DNA of 64,000 nt from Mobula birostris (GCF_030028105.1 NC_092380.1:69995717-70059716); one strand, 5' to 3'. Positions 49,309 through 61,682 are shown, counted from the stretch's first letter. Made by a program: numbers and translations. Notes: a model not told the origin generated them from the sequence alone.

Positions 49309-49425
49309 CTTTGTACATGTACCACATGTAAAGAAAAATTCCTACTCCTATTAGTAATACAGAGATGATAACGCTTGCAGTGACGCTTCCAACTATTGCT
49401 CTTTTGGATATTCGAATTTCTGCTT
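49309..49425 (-). CDS. NCR3LG1: B7-H6-like exon 4: transmembrane segment
   Basis: ttctttttaacag|AAGCAG...TACAAAG|gtaatg, 117 nt, phase 1-1, open. Encodes EAEIRISKRAIVGSVTASVIISVLLIGVGIFLYMWYMYK, with an uncharged hydrophobic run of more than 22 residues at the canonical post-C1 position of B7 proteins. Not in the ORF track. Confidence 0.85.
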
Positions 49426-50542
49426 CTGTTAAAAAGAAGTGCAAAAGAATTTACAAGATAGTCACTTCAAAGTCTTTTCCTAGCAGCTGTAATCTTTTGT
49501 TGAGTATCTAGTCACTAAGGAACAATTTTGAAACATGGAATAATTTAAAGTCCATTAATAAAAGGAAATACCCACAGGAAATAAAGAGAAAGAAAGAAAT
49601 TTTGTTACTTTCTACCTATGATTCAACTGACAACCCAAGAGCATCTTTCCACCATTGCCAACTTCCACAATATTTATGAAAGTGAAAGTATTTTGAAATT
49701 GAGTAAAATTAACTCTGAAGTTACACAATTGTCAAAAAACTTAATGCCTGATTAAAAAGGATAGTGAAGTTATGGGATGGAAGAAGCAACTGTGAGAAAC
49801 TTCCCATAAAATGCACAACACTTTGGCAAAATAACTATCAACAATACACATGTACTTAAATTTACTTGCACCTGCGCAAGAGTTCATGGATACATGTAAG
49901 CATAAAGATCCACCAAAATAATCTGTGTTAATATTCAGTTTAATCAATGCTATAAAAGCCTTTGAAAATTTTACGTGAAAAGAAATTTTCTTTAAAAAAA
50001 AAATCAGACTTGTTTTCCAAGTAAATTTTACAACTACAACTACAACCCCAGCTCCAACCTCATTCTGGTCTCACACATAAAACAGACATTCCATTTCAAG
50101 ATGCCGTGAGACAAATTTACCGGGTGGACAATAGAAAATATTCAAGGTTACTGTCAAAGTCTCCTTGAAAAAAAAATGCAATGGCATTTTCTGGAATCTC
50201 TGCCCACAATTCCCCAAAGTGGAGAAAGAGCATTCTAGGTGGAAATGAGAACCTTGAACCAGAAGATCATATGAAAATCCAATACAAATGATGGCAAAGC
50301 GTATCTTCTCTCCCCCACAGTGGAAAGTACCTATCCATCCCAATAAGGCAACAAATCCCAAGTTGGCTTATCAGTCACCTAATGAGCTACAGAATCAGAG
50401 CCAAGCCAAGACGTCTTGGATCCCAAGAGATGGCCTAAAGCAGACAGCAGCAATCCACCAAGGTTGCTCTCAATGGGAACTTAACTAAAAGTTCCAAACT
50501 TCAAATTTTAATTAAAAAAAAAGCAAGTGTACTACAGCTAAC

Positions 50543-50869
50543 CTTTCAAAGTCACTGCAGCATTCACGGTGTATGGTTCTGCAAAAGTCTTATGTGTCAC
50601 ACGACATCCGAAACTGCTGCCAATGTCTTCTTTCTGAGGTTCAAACCGAACTTCAGCGGTTACTTTGCATGTTCCATCAGGATTTTTGACTGGTGGGGTA
50701 ATGCATAGATCTGTTAACAGTTTTGTTTTACTTTGTGATGGACTTGACTGAAACCATTCCACGTTGCTTTCACAAGGATAATATCCATTCAAATGACAAC
50801 CCAAGAACATCTCGCCACCATTGCCAACTTCCACGACCTCTTTGGAAACAACAGTCACCGTGGGTTGTG
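50543..50869 (-). CDS. NCR3LG1: B7-H6-like exon 3: extracellular IgC1 domain
   Basis: ttacag|CACAACCC...AAAG|gttagc, 327 nt, phase 1-1. GCHLNGYYP...WF...PPVKNPDGT...EDIGSSFGCRVTH resembles the B7-H6 C domain (GFYP, TIKNMDGT, YQCVVRH). Confidence 0.9.
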
Positions 50870-52206
50870 CTGTAACACAAAAATTGTACATTAATCTTAC
50901 AATGGTACTTCAAAGCTACTGTATACAATAAAAATGGCATTGAACTGTAAGGAAATAAGTTGGAAATCAGTGATTACATCAAACATATATGCCTGGATAC
51001 ACACAGACACCATCAACAAATAGTAGAATTGAGAGGCTAAAATCATTATGAAAGACTTAAGTCTGAAGCTGAGAAATGATTTGATAGGACAAGGACAAAA
51101 GAATGAATGGGTTATATAGAAGAACAATGCAGAAGACAGCTTAGAGTAAAACCAGCATCATAGCTATAGCTGGGTCAATAATAATTTGGACACTTAACGG
51201 TAGCCAATTAATCTCCCTACCAGCATACAACTGAGATGTGGGAGGAAACAAGAGCACCTGGAAGGACCTCTTAGTGTCACAGGGAATACGTGCAATTCCG
51301 CAGGATTGAACCCAAGTCACTGTAGCTGTGAGCTGCAGCTCCACTAGATACATGTACCTTTGACAATATAAAATTTCATGACTGCTAATATGCAGGTTTT
51401 TAATCTATTCCAATTGCACAGCAAAAAAAAGGATTTTTTTTAGCACCTAATTCCGTATCATGTAAAGAAGCAGCTAACATTGCACATTTACTCATAGGTT
51501 ACATTATCCTTACTCGAGTTGTGTAATTTCTGAATTCCGCACATCTCTTTGGAAATGCTCCCTTCCATGATTGACACTTTTAATGCAGAATTGACTGACA
51601 CAATAATGAACAGTGCATTATTTGACATATTGTTGCTAATGGAACACATTCTAATGAAACAGCATTAGTCCAAAACATTTGTTGTTTCTCTCTTCATAAA
51701 TGCTGTTTTACTGCTTCAACTTTGCTGTTTTGTGGCAGATTTCCAACATCTATATCATTGCTTTTCCATGACTGAAATCCATGACCACATTGATCATATT
51801 TTATTTTAAACTTGAGTTCATTTGAAATGATGAATGCAAAGATTTTGAACTACTGCAAGTTTGCATTTGAAGTAACTCGATCATTTGCACAAATGTGTTG
51901 TGTAAAGGATCATCAGCATGTGAGACAACATTTACGTTCAGACCATTATGAAAAATGAGATTAGAAAACACAAGCACAAATTATTCTGCAAAATCAAACT
52001 AAGGCATCGGCTGTCTTTCAGTTCATAGCTTCTACCTGATACTATTTCCAATAATTTTTGTCCTTAATTAGGATCGCCAATAAATGTAGAACTTTGCTTT
52101 CATACTCAGGCAAAACATTGTTTCCAAAAATATTTTCACTAAAATACAAACTTACATATAAGATGCCACTGTATAATTTACAGTTATGTGAAATAAATCA
52201 ACTTAC

Positions 52207-52560
52207 CTAAAACTTCAAGCTTCATCATCACGAATTCTTTATAATCTGGTGGAATAACAACCTCACACTTGTACTCTCCACTATGTTTCAATGTAACATT
52301 TCTCAGTAAAAGTGACATGCTTCCATTTTGAATGGCGTTTGCAGACAGCTCAGCTTCTTCCCATTGAGATGTTATGTGCCCATCAGAATACACAAGGATA
52401 TTTACTCTTTCAGTACCCTGACTGAAAACCCATAAGATGCCTAAATTCTTTGGGTTCAATGAGATCCCAGTCAGGTTGGCAATTTCACACTGCAGAAGGC
52501 TATTTTTGTGAAGGATTACTTCCACTGGACCTTTATTCGTTTTCAGCTTCAAATTTCCTT
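52207..52560 (-). CDS. NCR3LG1: B7-H6-like exon 2: IgV domain
   Basis: atag|AAGGAAAT...TTAG|gtaagt, 354 nt, phase 1-1. LNPKNLGILW and GEYKCEVVIPP resemble human B7-H6 LNITSMGITW and GEYRCEVVVTP. Three N-glycan sequons (NLT, NGS, NVT). Confidence 0.9.
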
Positions 52561-52771
52561 CTATAAATTTAAGACAAAATATATAACTGAGTGAATTGGA
52601 CAAAATTGTGCATACATTTATCTTAGCTATTATAGAAAACATTATAGACCATTTATCCAACTATTCCAATATTTTTGTTATGAAATACTTGTTTTCACAT
52701 CATGCCTCAGTCCCCAACTTAACTCTGAGTTCCTTCCCATTGTCACATGCCAGTGATAATAAACCGGATTC

Positions 52772-53047
52772 TTTTTTATTGGCGCGTGCGTGTGCGTGTC
52801 TGTGCATGATTATGTTTCTTTCATGCCTTTACAAGGCACAGAGCGAGAGAGAGACTGTGTGGCACGCCACTCCTCACACAGACATTTTCGCAGTATTTTC
52901 CCTTTATTTTACAAGGTTGAGTTGCGATCTCAACACTCAACCCAGCACGGATGGAAAGCATACTCGGGAGCGGCCCCGACAGGATTTGAACCCGGGAACC
53001 TCCATTCCGGGGTCCGGCGCTGATGTCATTGCGCCACCAGCTGGCCA
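52772..53047 (-). mobile_element. tRNA-derived SINE with about 16-bp TSD, inserted into an L2-like tail
   Basis: Reverse strand has A box TGGCGCAATG, B box GGTTCAAATCC and an AATAAAAAA tail. TSD ataataaacc(g/t)gattc at 52756-52771 and 53048-53063. Confidence 0.85.
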
Positions 53048-53589
53048 ATAATAAACCTGATTCTGATTCTGATTCGTACAACCAGCTAAGATTCCTGCAT
53101 TCCTCACTTTTAGAATCTTGCACTTCTCAATTATAATTCCTCCACTGCTGACAATTGTACCTTAAGCTTCCTATGATCCAAGCTTTGGAAGTCCAAACAC
53201 AAACATCTCCTTTCTTACATGAAGACACCTTTTAAAATGGCTTATGGCTGTTGCACAATAAAAAGACTGAGGCGCTTCTCAAAGCACAATTTGTTTGCTA
53301 ACACTTTTCTGATCTGTGCCTTAAAATATTTTACCGCGTATAATTGCAAGATGTTATTTCCCCCTATCCTATCTCTTTTTAACTTCACTATTAATTAGGT
53401 CATCACAGTTTCTGATCCAACTCTGAACTCAGGTGAGATTCCAAAGGGTCATTGCAAATCATAAACTAAAGAAAATGGAAGTAACATGACAATGATCATT
53501 TCAGGTTATTTTCCACATTAAGGATGTCAACAAAGTAGATGAGAAGAGGGAAACACAAATTTGTGAGCACTGCATCTCAGTACAGCCAC

Positions 53590-54280
53590 CACAAAGGCAT
53601 TACAATGAAATACCACAGTCTAAAGTCCTGTCAAGAACACAAAAAACAGGAGCTGGAGTTGGCCACCAGTCCCCTCAAAAGTTCCCCTTTTAATATGATC
53701 TGGGCAAATCTATGCCGGCCTCAACTCCACTCCCTTGCAAGCTTTCCATAGCCCTCATATACTCAAATGTTTCAGATATTTACATATCTCCACTATATAT
53801 GATCTGGCCTCTACCACCTTCTGAGTTTCAGAGATTCATTTCACTCAGAAATATCTACACACCTTAATCTGCATACCAACCTCCCCTCAACAGACTATCT
53901 GCACTTTTTGCTACCTTGGTAAAGCAGCCAATATAACCAAATACCCCACTCATTCTGAACATTCTCTCTTCTTGCCCCTCCTATCTGACAGAAGCTACAA
54001 AAGCCTGAAAGTATGTACCACAAGGTTCAAGGACAGCTTCTATCAGACTAGTACAATGAGATGGAGGCTTGATCTCACAACTGACCTCACCATGGCCTTG
54101 CACCATATTGTCTACACTGCACTTTCTTTGTAACTGCAACACTATATTCTCCAGTCTGATACTGCTTTCCCCTTGTACTTTCTTGATGTGCTGATTTGAT
54201 GTGATGAAATGTGTTGGATGGGATGCAAAACAAAGTTTTTTAGTGTAATTCGGTACACGCGACAATAATAAACCAATTTA
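53590..54280. mobile_element. CR1 (-) and L2-like (+) fragments
   Basis: caggagctggagttggccacc...ttatatgatc (reverse CR1 tail), and PSDRSYKSLK...TTRFKDSFY followed by an aataataaacc tail. Confidence 0.55.
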
Positions 54281-54775
54281 CCAACAAATCAATGTAAATA
54301 ACCAACCCCTTATCTTGTACCTCTACCCACTTGTCCATGCACTTCCACAAGCGGAATTGTCTTAACATCCACCCCGTCAAGCACGCCCCCCCCAGGATTT
54401 TATTCATAAGTCTAAGAGCCACATTTCTTTTTTCAAAACTCTAAGGAATACAGACACAAACTGCCCCTCTTCATAGACCACTAAAAGTCTGTGTAACAGC
54501 CCTTCAAACACTTCAAGTGGTGGGCTGTTTTAAGAAGAAACATGAGTTACATTGCTACTTTCTTAAAAGAAAATAATATATTGGGTTGAACTCACAATGC
54601 ATGTATAGAAAAAAAATGTACTGATTATGGCATATTTCCTGTCTATATTTTTATGAATAATTTCTCAAAGTAAAGAAAGCTACAAAGCACAACCTGGCAG
54701 TGCTGATCGCTCAGTGCATCATAGATCACCTGCTGGGAAGATAAAATGAACTGTGAGAGGCAACTGCGCAGGCTG

Positions 54776-57700
54776 GGGCTGCTGGCTGGGTGTAGTGGAG
54801 GGGTGGAGTATTGGAGAGACGACTGGAGTTCCGCCTGCAGTGTTTTGCTTTGGATTTTTGCTGGTTTTTCGGAAGACGAAGGCAGTTGGCTAAACAACTA
54901 GACTGTGAATGGACGGAGGATGGCAGGAGGAAGTGACAATTTGGGAAGTGAGTTAGAGATGGAAGATGGCGGGAAAGAGGAATGGAGCGTAAAGAGTAAG
55001 AAAAGAAAACAGAGGTATGAGCAGTCAAATTCTGAGGGGTCGAGGATGATCGAAAAAGGATAGCAAAAGAATGGAAAGAAGATTAGATTAAAGCAATTAT
55101 AAAACTGAGCAAATACGGGGCATCTTTCGGGGACTGGAACCTGATTCATGTGACGAAGGTAATTAACAAACTTATAGGCAAAGTCAAAAGAACCAAGGTA
55201 TTACGAAATGGATCGCTATTAGTGATATGTCGGGATAGCGCTCAGCAAGGCAAAGTGATAAGATTAAATAAAATAGATGGCAAAAAGTACCATGCTCAAT
55301 CCTCGACAATAGAAAGTGGACGAGAGGAGTTATTTCAGGGATACCAACAAAAGTTACTATGGATGAGATTAAACAGAATATAAAAGAAGCAAAGATTATT
55401 GAGGCCAAACGTTTGACAGTTACAAGAGAAGGAAAAAAGTATGATAGTTTATCGGTAATGATCAACTTTGATAGTTTATCGGTAATGATCAACTTTGAAG
55501 TGAGATTGCCGACTAAAGTTTATTTAGGGTATATGTGTTATGAAGTCAGAATATATATGCCACCGCCTTTAAGATGTTTTAAATGTCAGAAATTTGGGCA
55601 TATTGCGGCGGTCTGCAAAGGGAAACAAAGATGTGGGAGATGCGCTGGAGAACATGAATACGGGAAGTGAGGCGGGGGCTAGGCTGAAATGTTGCAATTG
55701 TGGCGAGGAATACAGTGCAGCTTATCGAAGGTGCATTATTAGCAAGAAGGCAGCTGAGATACAATATGTTAAAGTAACTCAAGAGATTAGTTACGCTGAG
55801 GCAGTGAAAGGTTTCGCTGAAAAGGAGAAAGTTATTAAGCAAACAAATACAGGGAATAACAGTGAACTGTGAGGGCTGTAATATGATAAATAAGGACACA
55901 CTAACAATGAATAGAAAAGATTTCATACTGCTTATGGTAGATGCAATTAACTGTTCAGTGCAAACAGACAAAAGAACAGAAAAAATTAAAATTATAGTCA
56001 AGTCTGCAGAAAAATATCTTGGTATTACAGGGCTTAGGTGGGAAGCAGTTGAAAAAATGCTGAATGGAGGATCAAACAGATCACAGGCAGGGGAGGTGGG
56101 ATCTTAATGGCAATATATATTTTGCAATGGAATGCAAGGAGTCTTATGGTAAATGGTCAAGATCTTAAAAAAATGTATCAGAACTTAAGGAAAAACCTCA
56201 AGTTTCTATGTATACAAGAAACATGGTTGAAGCCACAATTAGATTTTGTTTTACAAGGATATACAGCAATTAGGAGGGATAGAAGTAATGGCAATGGTGG
56301 AGGAGTAGCAATTATTTATAGCCAGATATAATATAGTCAACACAGGGCAGAAATACGAATCAATAATAATCAAAATATGGATAGGCAGAGAAAACTTGGT
56401 AATAATAAATTATTATAATCCATGTAGAAGACTAAGTAAAGATACATTAAACAAAGTGGGTGGTAGGATGCAAGGGAAAATAATATGGTGTGGGGATTTC
56501 AAAGGACACAGTACACTGTGGGGATGTAAAAATGTGGATGAAAACAGATTAATGATAGAAGAATTTCTCAATGATGAAAAACTGGCATGTATAAATAATG
56601 GAGAAGGTACAAGATATAATATATCCCAAAACACAGAAACTGCAATAGACTTAACATTTATAAGTAGAGAATTAGCAGGAATCAGTACTTGGAATGTATT
56701 AAAACCAACTACAGTAGGAAGTGATCACTATCCCTTACTCACAAGGATTCAGGTTAAAATAGAACAAAATGTAGGATCTAGAGTGTAAAGCTGGAAACTG
56801 AATGGGAGTGGGAGATATTTCAAAAAAGAAGCGAAGTAAGATGCACAAAGATTTTAGATGAAAATATATCAGATATAGAAGAAATGAATGACAAATTGGT
56901 CACAGCAATTATAAATTCGGCAGAAGAAACAATTCCGAAAAGTAAAGGTACAGGAAAGAGGGAAAATGTTCCATGGTGGAACTGTGAATGTAGTAGAAGT
57001 ATAAAAGCAAGAAATAAAGCATTTAAAATGTTAAAAAGACAACATTCAGTAGAAATATTAATACAATATAAAAGAGCACAAGCAGAAGTTCGGAAAACAA
57101 TCAGACAAGCAAAGCAAGCATTTTGGAGACAGTATTGTAACAAAATTGGAAGAGAAACTCAACTGTCCAAAATATGGGGCATGATAAGGGATAAGGAAAG
57201 TGAATGGTATAAGAAGTAGTAAAGAGATCCTGTGCTAAAAAGTAAGGACAAAATGGCAATTAACAATGTAGAAAAAGCAGCAATATTGGCAAAAGCTTTT
57301 GTAAACCTACATAGCTCAGAGAATTTGATGGTCAAGGCTAGACAGCAAAGGGAGAAGAGGCTTAAGCGAAATTCAGGAATGACGGACAAAAGAGCAACAT
57401 CTGAAGAAGTGCTAGATACACTTTTTAGCATAACAGAAATAGAAAGAGCCATTACGAATGCACGGCCAACTTCTTCTGGGAAGGATCAAGTATGGGGTAT
57501 AATGCTGAAGCATTTATCAAGAAGTGCATTTCTAGTTCTACAGAGACTGTTTAATAAAATATGGGAAATAGGTAAACTACCAACTGCATGGAAACATTCT
57601 GTTAGTGTTCCAGTATTAAAACCTGGTAAAGATTCATCAGACCCAACAAATTATAGACCAATTGCACTAACTTCACAGCTAGGTAAACTTATGGAACGAA

Positions 57701-59913
57701 TAATAACTGATAGGCTTACATACTTTCTAGAAAAAAGAAATCTTATTTCTCCCTACCAAAGCAGTTTTCGTAAAGTAAGAACTGCAATGGATTCAATAAT
57801 TAGCTTGGAATCTGAAATTCGGGAGGCTCAAACAAATAAAGAAATGGTCCTGGTGGTATTTTTTGACATAGAAAAGGCATATGATATGCTCTGGAAAGAG
57901 GGAGTGTTAATTAAATTGAAAGAACTAGGGGTGGAAGGAAAATTATATAATTGGGTTCTAGACTTTCTTTTTGGTCGAACAAATCAAGTCAAGGTAGAAA
58001 CAGAATACTCCAGGACATACTTGGTTGAAAATGGAACACCACAAGGTAGTGTCTGCAGTCCATTACAATTTTCCATAGTGATAAATGACATATTTGCACA
58101 AGTTGAACATAGTGTAGGGAAATCCTTATATGCAGATGATGGGGCTTTATGGGTGAGGGGAAGAAATTAAATTTATATACAAAGGAAAATGCAAGATGCA
58201 ATAAATAAAGTGGAAGAGTGGGCAAATAAATGGGGTTTCAAATTGGCTACAAGTAAGTCACGAGTGATATGTTTCTCAAGAAGTCACAAACCAGTTTCCG
58301 TGAAATTATATGAACAAAAATTAGAGCAGGTAAAGGTGATTCGATTCCTTCATTTGTTATTTGATGAGAAACTTACATGGAAAAAAGCAAATCGAGAATA
58401 TTACAAACAAATGTAAAAAAAAAATAACTTATTGAGGGGTCTTGCCCGACAGGACTGGGGTGCGAGCAGTATATCGCTATTAAATATTTATCAAGCCTTA
58501 ATGAGGGCTACATTGGATTATGGAAGTGTAGCATACATGTCAGCTGCAGAAAGTAATTTAAAAATGCTGGATATGTAGTGGTGCATTCAGAACATCACCT
58601 ATATCAGCTCTTCAAGTCGAAATGGGGGAAATGCCATTAAGACTTAGAAGAATAAAGCTAATGCTAAATTACTGGGTTAACATCATGGGACATAACTACT
58701 CACATCCAGCTAAAGCTATATTAAAAGACTCCAGGGAACATGATAAGGCAAGTTATAATAGCTTCGGGGGTGGAGCAGCACAAAAATATGGTCTACAGGA
58801 ATATAGCCCTACAGTTCCAATATCTGATGTTCCTCCATGGCTCTTTACAATGCATACAGGTTTTTATCTGTAAAGAGTCTAACTATGGAATCAAACAGAT
58901 AGCACACGAATATATAGACTTGCATTTTAGAAATGAACTTGTAATATTTATGGATGGATCAAAAGACCCTCGATCTGGCCACACAGGTATTGCAGTCTAC
59001 ATTCCTCAGTGCAAAACTAGTATCAGGAAAAGAACATCAAAACCATTTATCAGTGTATACAACAGAATTAATGGCAATTTTGAGTGCATAATCTTGGATA
59101 GAAGAAAATAATATCAAAAAGGCTGCAACCTGTTCAGACGGTTTATCTGCATTAACCTCAATCAAATCAAGAAAATCAGAAAGTAGACAGGATATTTTAT
59201 GCAAGTTATATACACTGACCAAAAATGGGGTAGAAGTAAGCTTTCTTTGGGTTCCTGCTCATTGTTGAGTGGAGGGTGATGAAAAGGTGGATAATATAGC
59301 TAAACAATCGCTCAAATCGTCTATAATAGAGGTCCAGATCCATCTTAGCAAAGCGTAAGTCAAGAGCAATATCAAAACACGTATTGAGGAGACATGGCAG
59401 AAGCATTGGGAAAGAGTGAAACAGGGAGACAACTGTACAAAATACAGAGGCAAGTTAGATACAAAAGAGTGTCAAGTGGATATAGAAAGACAGAAGTGAT
59501 CATCAGTTGTTTGAGAATTGGACACACTAGTCTTAATTACACATTACACAAAATGGGGAAACATCCAACTGCGTTGTGTGAATACTGTAATCAACCAGAA
59601 ATAGTTGAATATGTATTGATAAAATGTAAGAAGTATCAAAAAGAAAGTGAAGATGATAGGAGCGCTTAAGATAACAAAAAAAAACTGATGTGGGTATAGA
59701 AGACATTTTAAGTGAAAATTCAAGAGAAATCCAGATCTGTATCATGAAGTATCTGAAAGACAGGTTTATTATATAGAATATAATATAGAATAGAATATGC
59801 AATTCTGTTCCCTTCCCGTTTATCCAACGATCGACACTCCAGTCTAGCAGGTGGCGGTAATGCACCTTAAAGCTGGTTTGCCAACCACCATAAAACAACA
59901 CAAGAAGAAGAAG
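54776..59913 (+). mobile_element. Full-length, decayed I/Nimb-like LINE (gag-like ORF1; APE-RT-RNase H ORF2) in intron 1 of the B7-H6-like gene, antisense to it
   Basis: ORF1 from about 54959 with CCHC knuckles (RCFKCQKFGH, CGRCAGEH, CCNC). ORF2 from 56107: ILQWNARSL, CIQETWL, GSDHYP, YRPIALTS, FFDIEKAYD, GTPQGS, YADD, RNase H (FMDGS, FLWVPAH), C-terminal CEYC. (AAG)n tail. Imperfect TSD aactgcgc(a/g)gg(c/t)tg at 54762-54775 and 59914-59927. Many frameshifts. Confidence 0.9.
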
Positions 59914-59919
59914 AACTGC

Positions 59920-60450
59920 GCGGGTTGAAGCGCAGCATAACGAAACACGGTTCTGGGTTCCAGCTCACCGACGCCCCGGCCTCGATTCGATTCGATTCGA
60001 TTCGACTCGGCCCGGCCCAGCCCGGACAAGCACGGCCTGCCAGTCATCTCTCTTCCTTCGGCACTCCCCCCACCCCCCAGCCCAATCCGGTTTTCACCTG
60101 AAAGCGGCACCAGGACCGTCAGCGCGATCACCGCCGACACGATCCACAATGAACTCCCCGTCCAGCCCATGACCGTCGGTCTTCTACCGTCGGCTGGTTA
60201 GCCTTCCTCCCTTCTGCATTCGTTTCACTTTCGCTCCGGAAAGGGCGGGGGAATCTGCGCCCACAGCGAGAACAGCAGAACCTTCCGTTGAAGGGCAAGC
60301 CTTCTCTTCAGAGAGATGGAGACGTCGCCTTTCCGAGAGGAGAGAAAAAGATGCAAAACTTCCTTTCTCAGACACACACACGACCTCCTTTCCTTGGAGA
60401 AAGAGACCTTCATCCCAGAGACCGGGGCAGCTCCTCTCCGAAGACACCGA
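59920..60450. promoter_or_regulatory. CpG island / probable promoter of the B7-H6-like gene
   Basis: CpG-rich block around exon 1, with GC-box-like aagggcgggg near 60241. Boundaries are approximate. Confidence 0.65.
60098..60170 (-). CDS. NCR3LG1: B7-H6-like gene exon 1: signal peptide
   Basis: ATG...MGWTGSSLWIVSAVIALTVLVPLS, then G|gtgaaa donor. 73 nt, phase 1, inside a CpG island; joins exon 2 in frame. Confidence 0.8.
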
Positions 60451-60599
60451 GTGACAACTCTTTTCTTTCCAAAGAGACAGCGAAAAGCAGAGACAATCCT
60501 TCTCTCCAGGCTGAAAGAGAGAGGCAATTTCTCTCACTAGATAAAGATAGCTCACCAGCCCAACAGTGAAAAAGTACTGTATAACCCTCCCTGAGACGA

Positions 60600-60720
60600 A
60601 GGAGAGAGGGAGGGGGGAGAGGGAGGGGAGGGGGGAGGGAGGGGAGGGGAGAGGGAGGGAGAGAGGGGAGGCAGAGAGAGGGGAGAGGAAGGGAGGGAGA
60701 GGGGGAGAGATAGAGAGAAC
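60600..60720 (+). repeat. Polypurine (G/A) tract
   Basis: About 120 nt almost entirely G and A, with many GGG runs, roughly 430 bp upstream of the B7-H6-like ATG. Confidence 0.9.
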
Positions 60721-61310
60721 ATCCTTCCTAAGACAAAGATAGATTTAGTTTTCCTGTACATCTCTGACCCCTCTCTGTAGAGAAAGAGAGAGACATTACC
60801 GAAAACATCTACCCCGATTCTGATCTTTTCACCAATAGAGAGAGCAAGAGATTTAGATAGATCCCTGGAGAAACAACTTTCCCCAAACAACAAGCATCCT
60901 GTCATGAGGTTCTCTGAAGAGAATAAATGTCTCCTTTGGTACATCACCCACTGCACATTAATACAGATATTCATCCTCGGTTGTGACTGACTGATGAAGA
61001 AGTATGCACTTCCTAAGTGGTGACTAGCCGTGTACCAATACCAGTGATACCAAACTAGCCAGAATCAACTGGTAGCTGATACCCATAGGCACACAATTAC
61101 ATTTGCTGCTATCTCCATGATAAGTCACAAATCACAAACCTAGGTTGTCAGCTTAATCAGTGATAAATTTTGGACTGAATCTGAAAGAATCCACCTTACC
61201 ATATGTATGTTAAGGAGTTGTTTCTCTGCCTGTGGTAGAAATGGTTAAAACTAGTATCTGATGGGATACTTGACCATTCTGGAACAATTGGGCTTAAGGC
61301 TGTTGATGCA

Positions 61311-61682
61311 TGTTGAGAATAACCTTGGATGATAAGCACAATGTCAGGAACTCCAATTAATAAGATACTAGGCCCCTGGAACCAGGAGGGAGGATGCGTC
61401 TGGGGGTAAATTATGAGCCCTGATAACAGGGAACAAAGAGGACTGTTAGACTCGCGCTGAGAGAATAATTGACATGTCTTTTAAGCGATTGATATTGTAC
61501 TGACCGTGGGATGCCAAACAAAGTTATGTGAAGTTGTTTGTCTTGCTGTATAAATATGAGCTCTGTATAACCTAGAATTCAGAGTTCTGGTGGTGGTGGA
61601 GACTTCTGCAGACTCTCCATGATATCATGTTAATAAACTCTTGAAAAGAAACTCGAAGTTCTTTGTTAGTGTTTCCACGACA
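61311..61682 (+). mobile_element. 5' LTR of a decayed Gypsy-like LTR retrotransposon whose body runs toward the window end
   Basis: TGTTG...CGACA termini, TATAAATA at 61549, AATAAA at 61632. Degenerate PBS-like gggcgacaaagatgggat at 61688-61705, resembling the complement of a tRNA-Arg 3' end. E/K/R-rich gag-like remnant at about 63180-63320. Confidence 0.6.
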
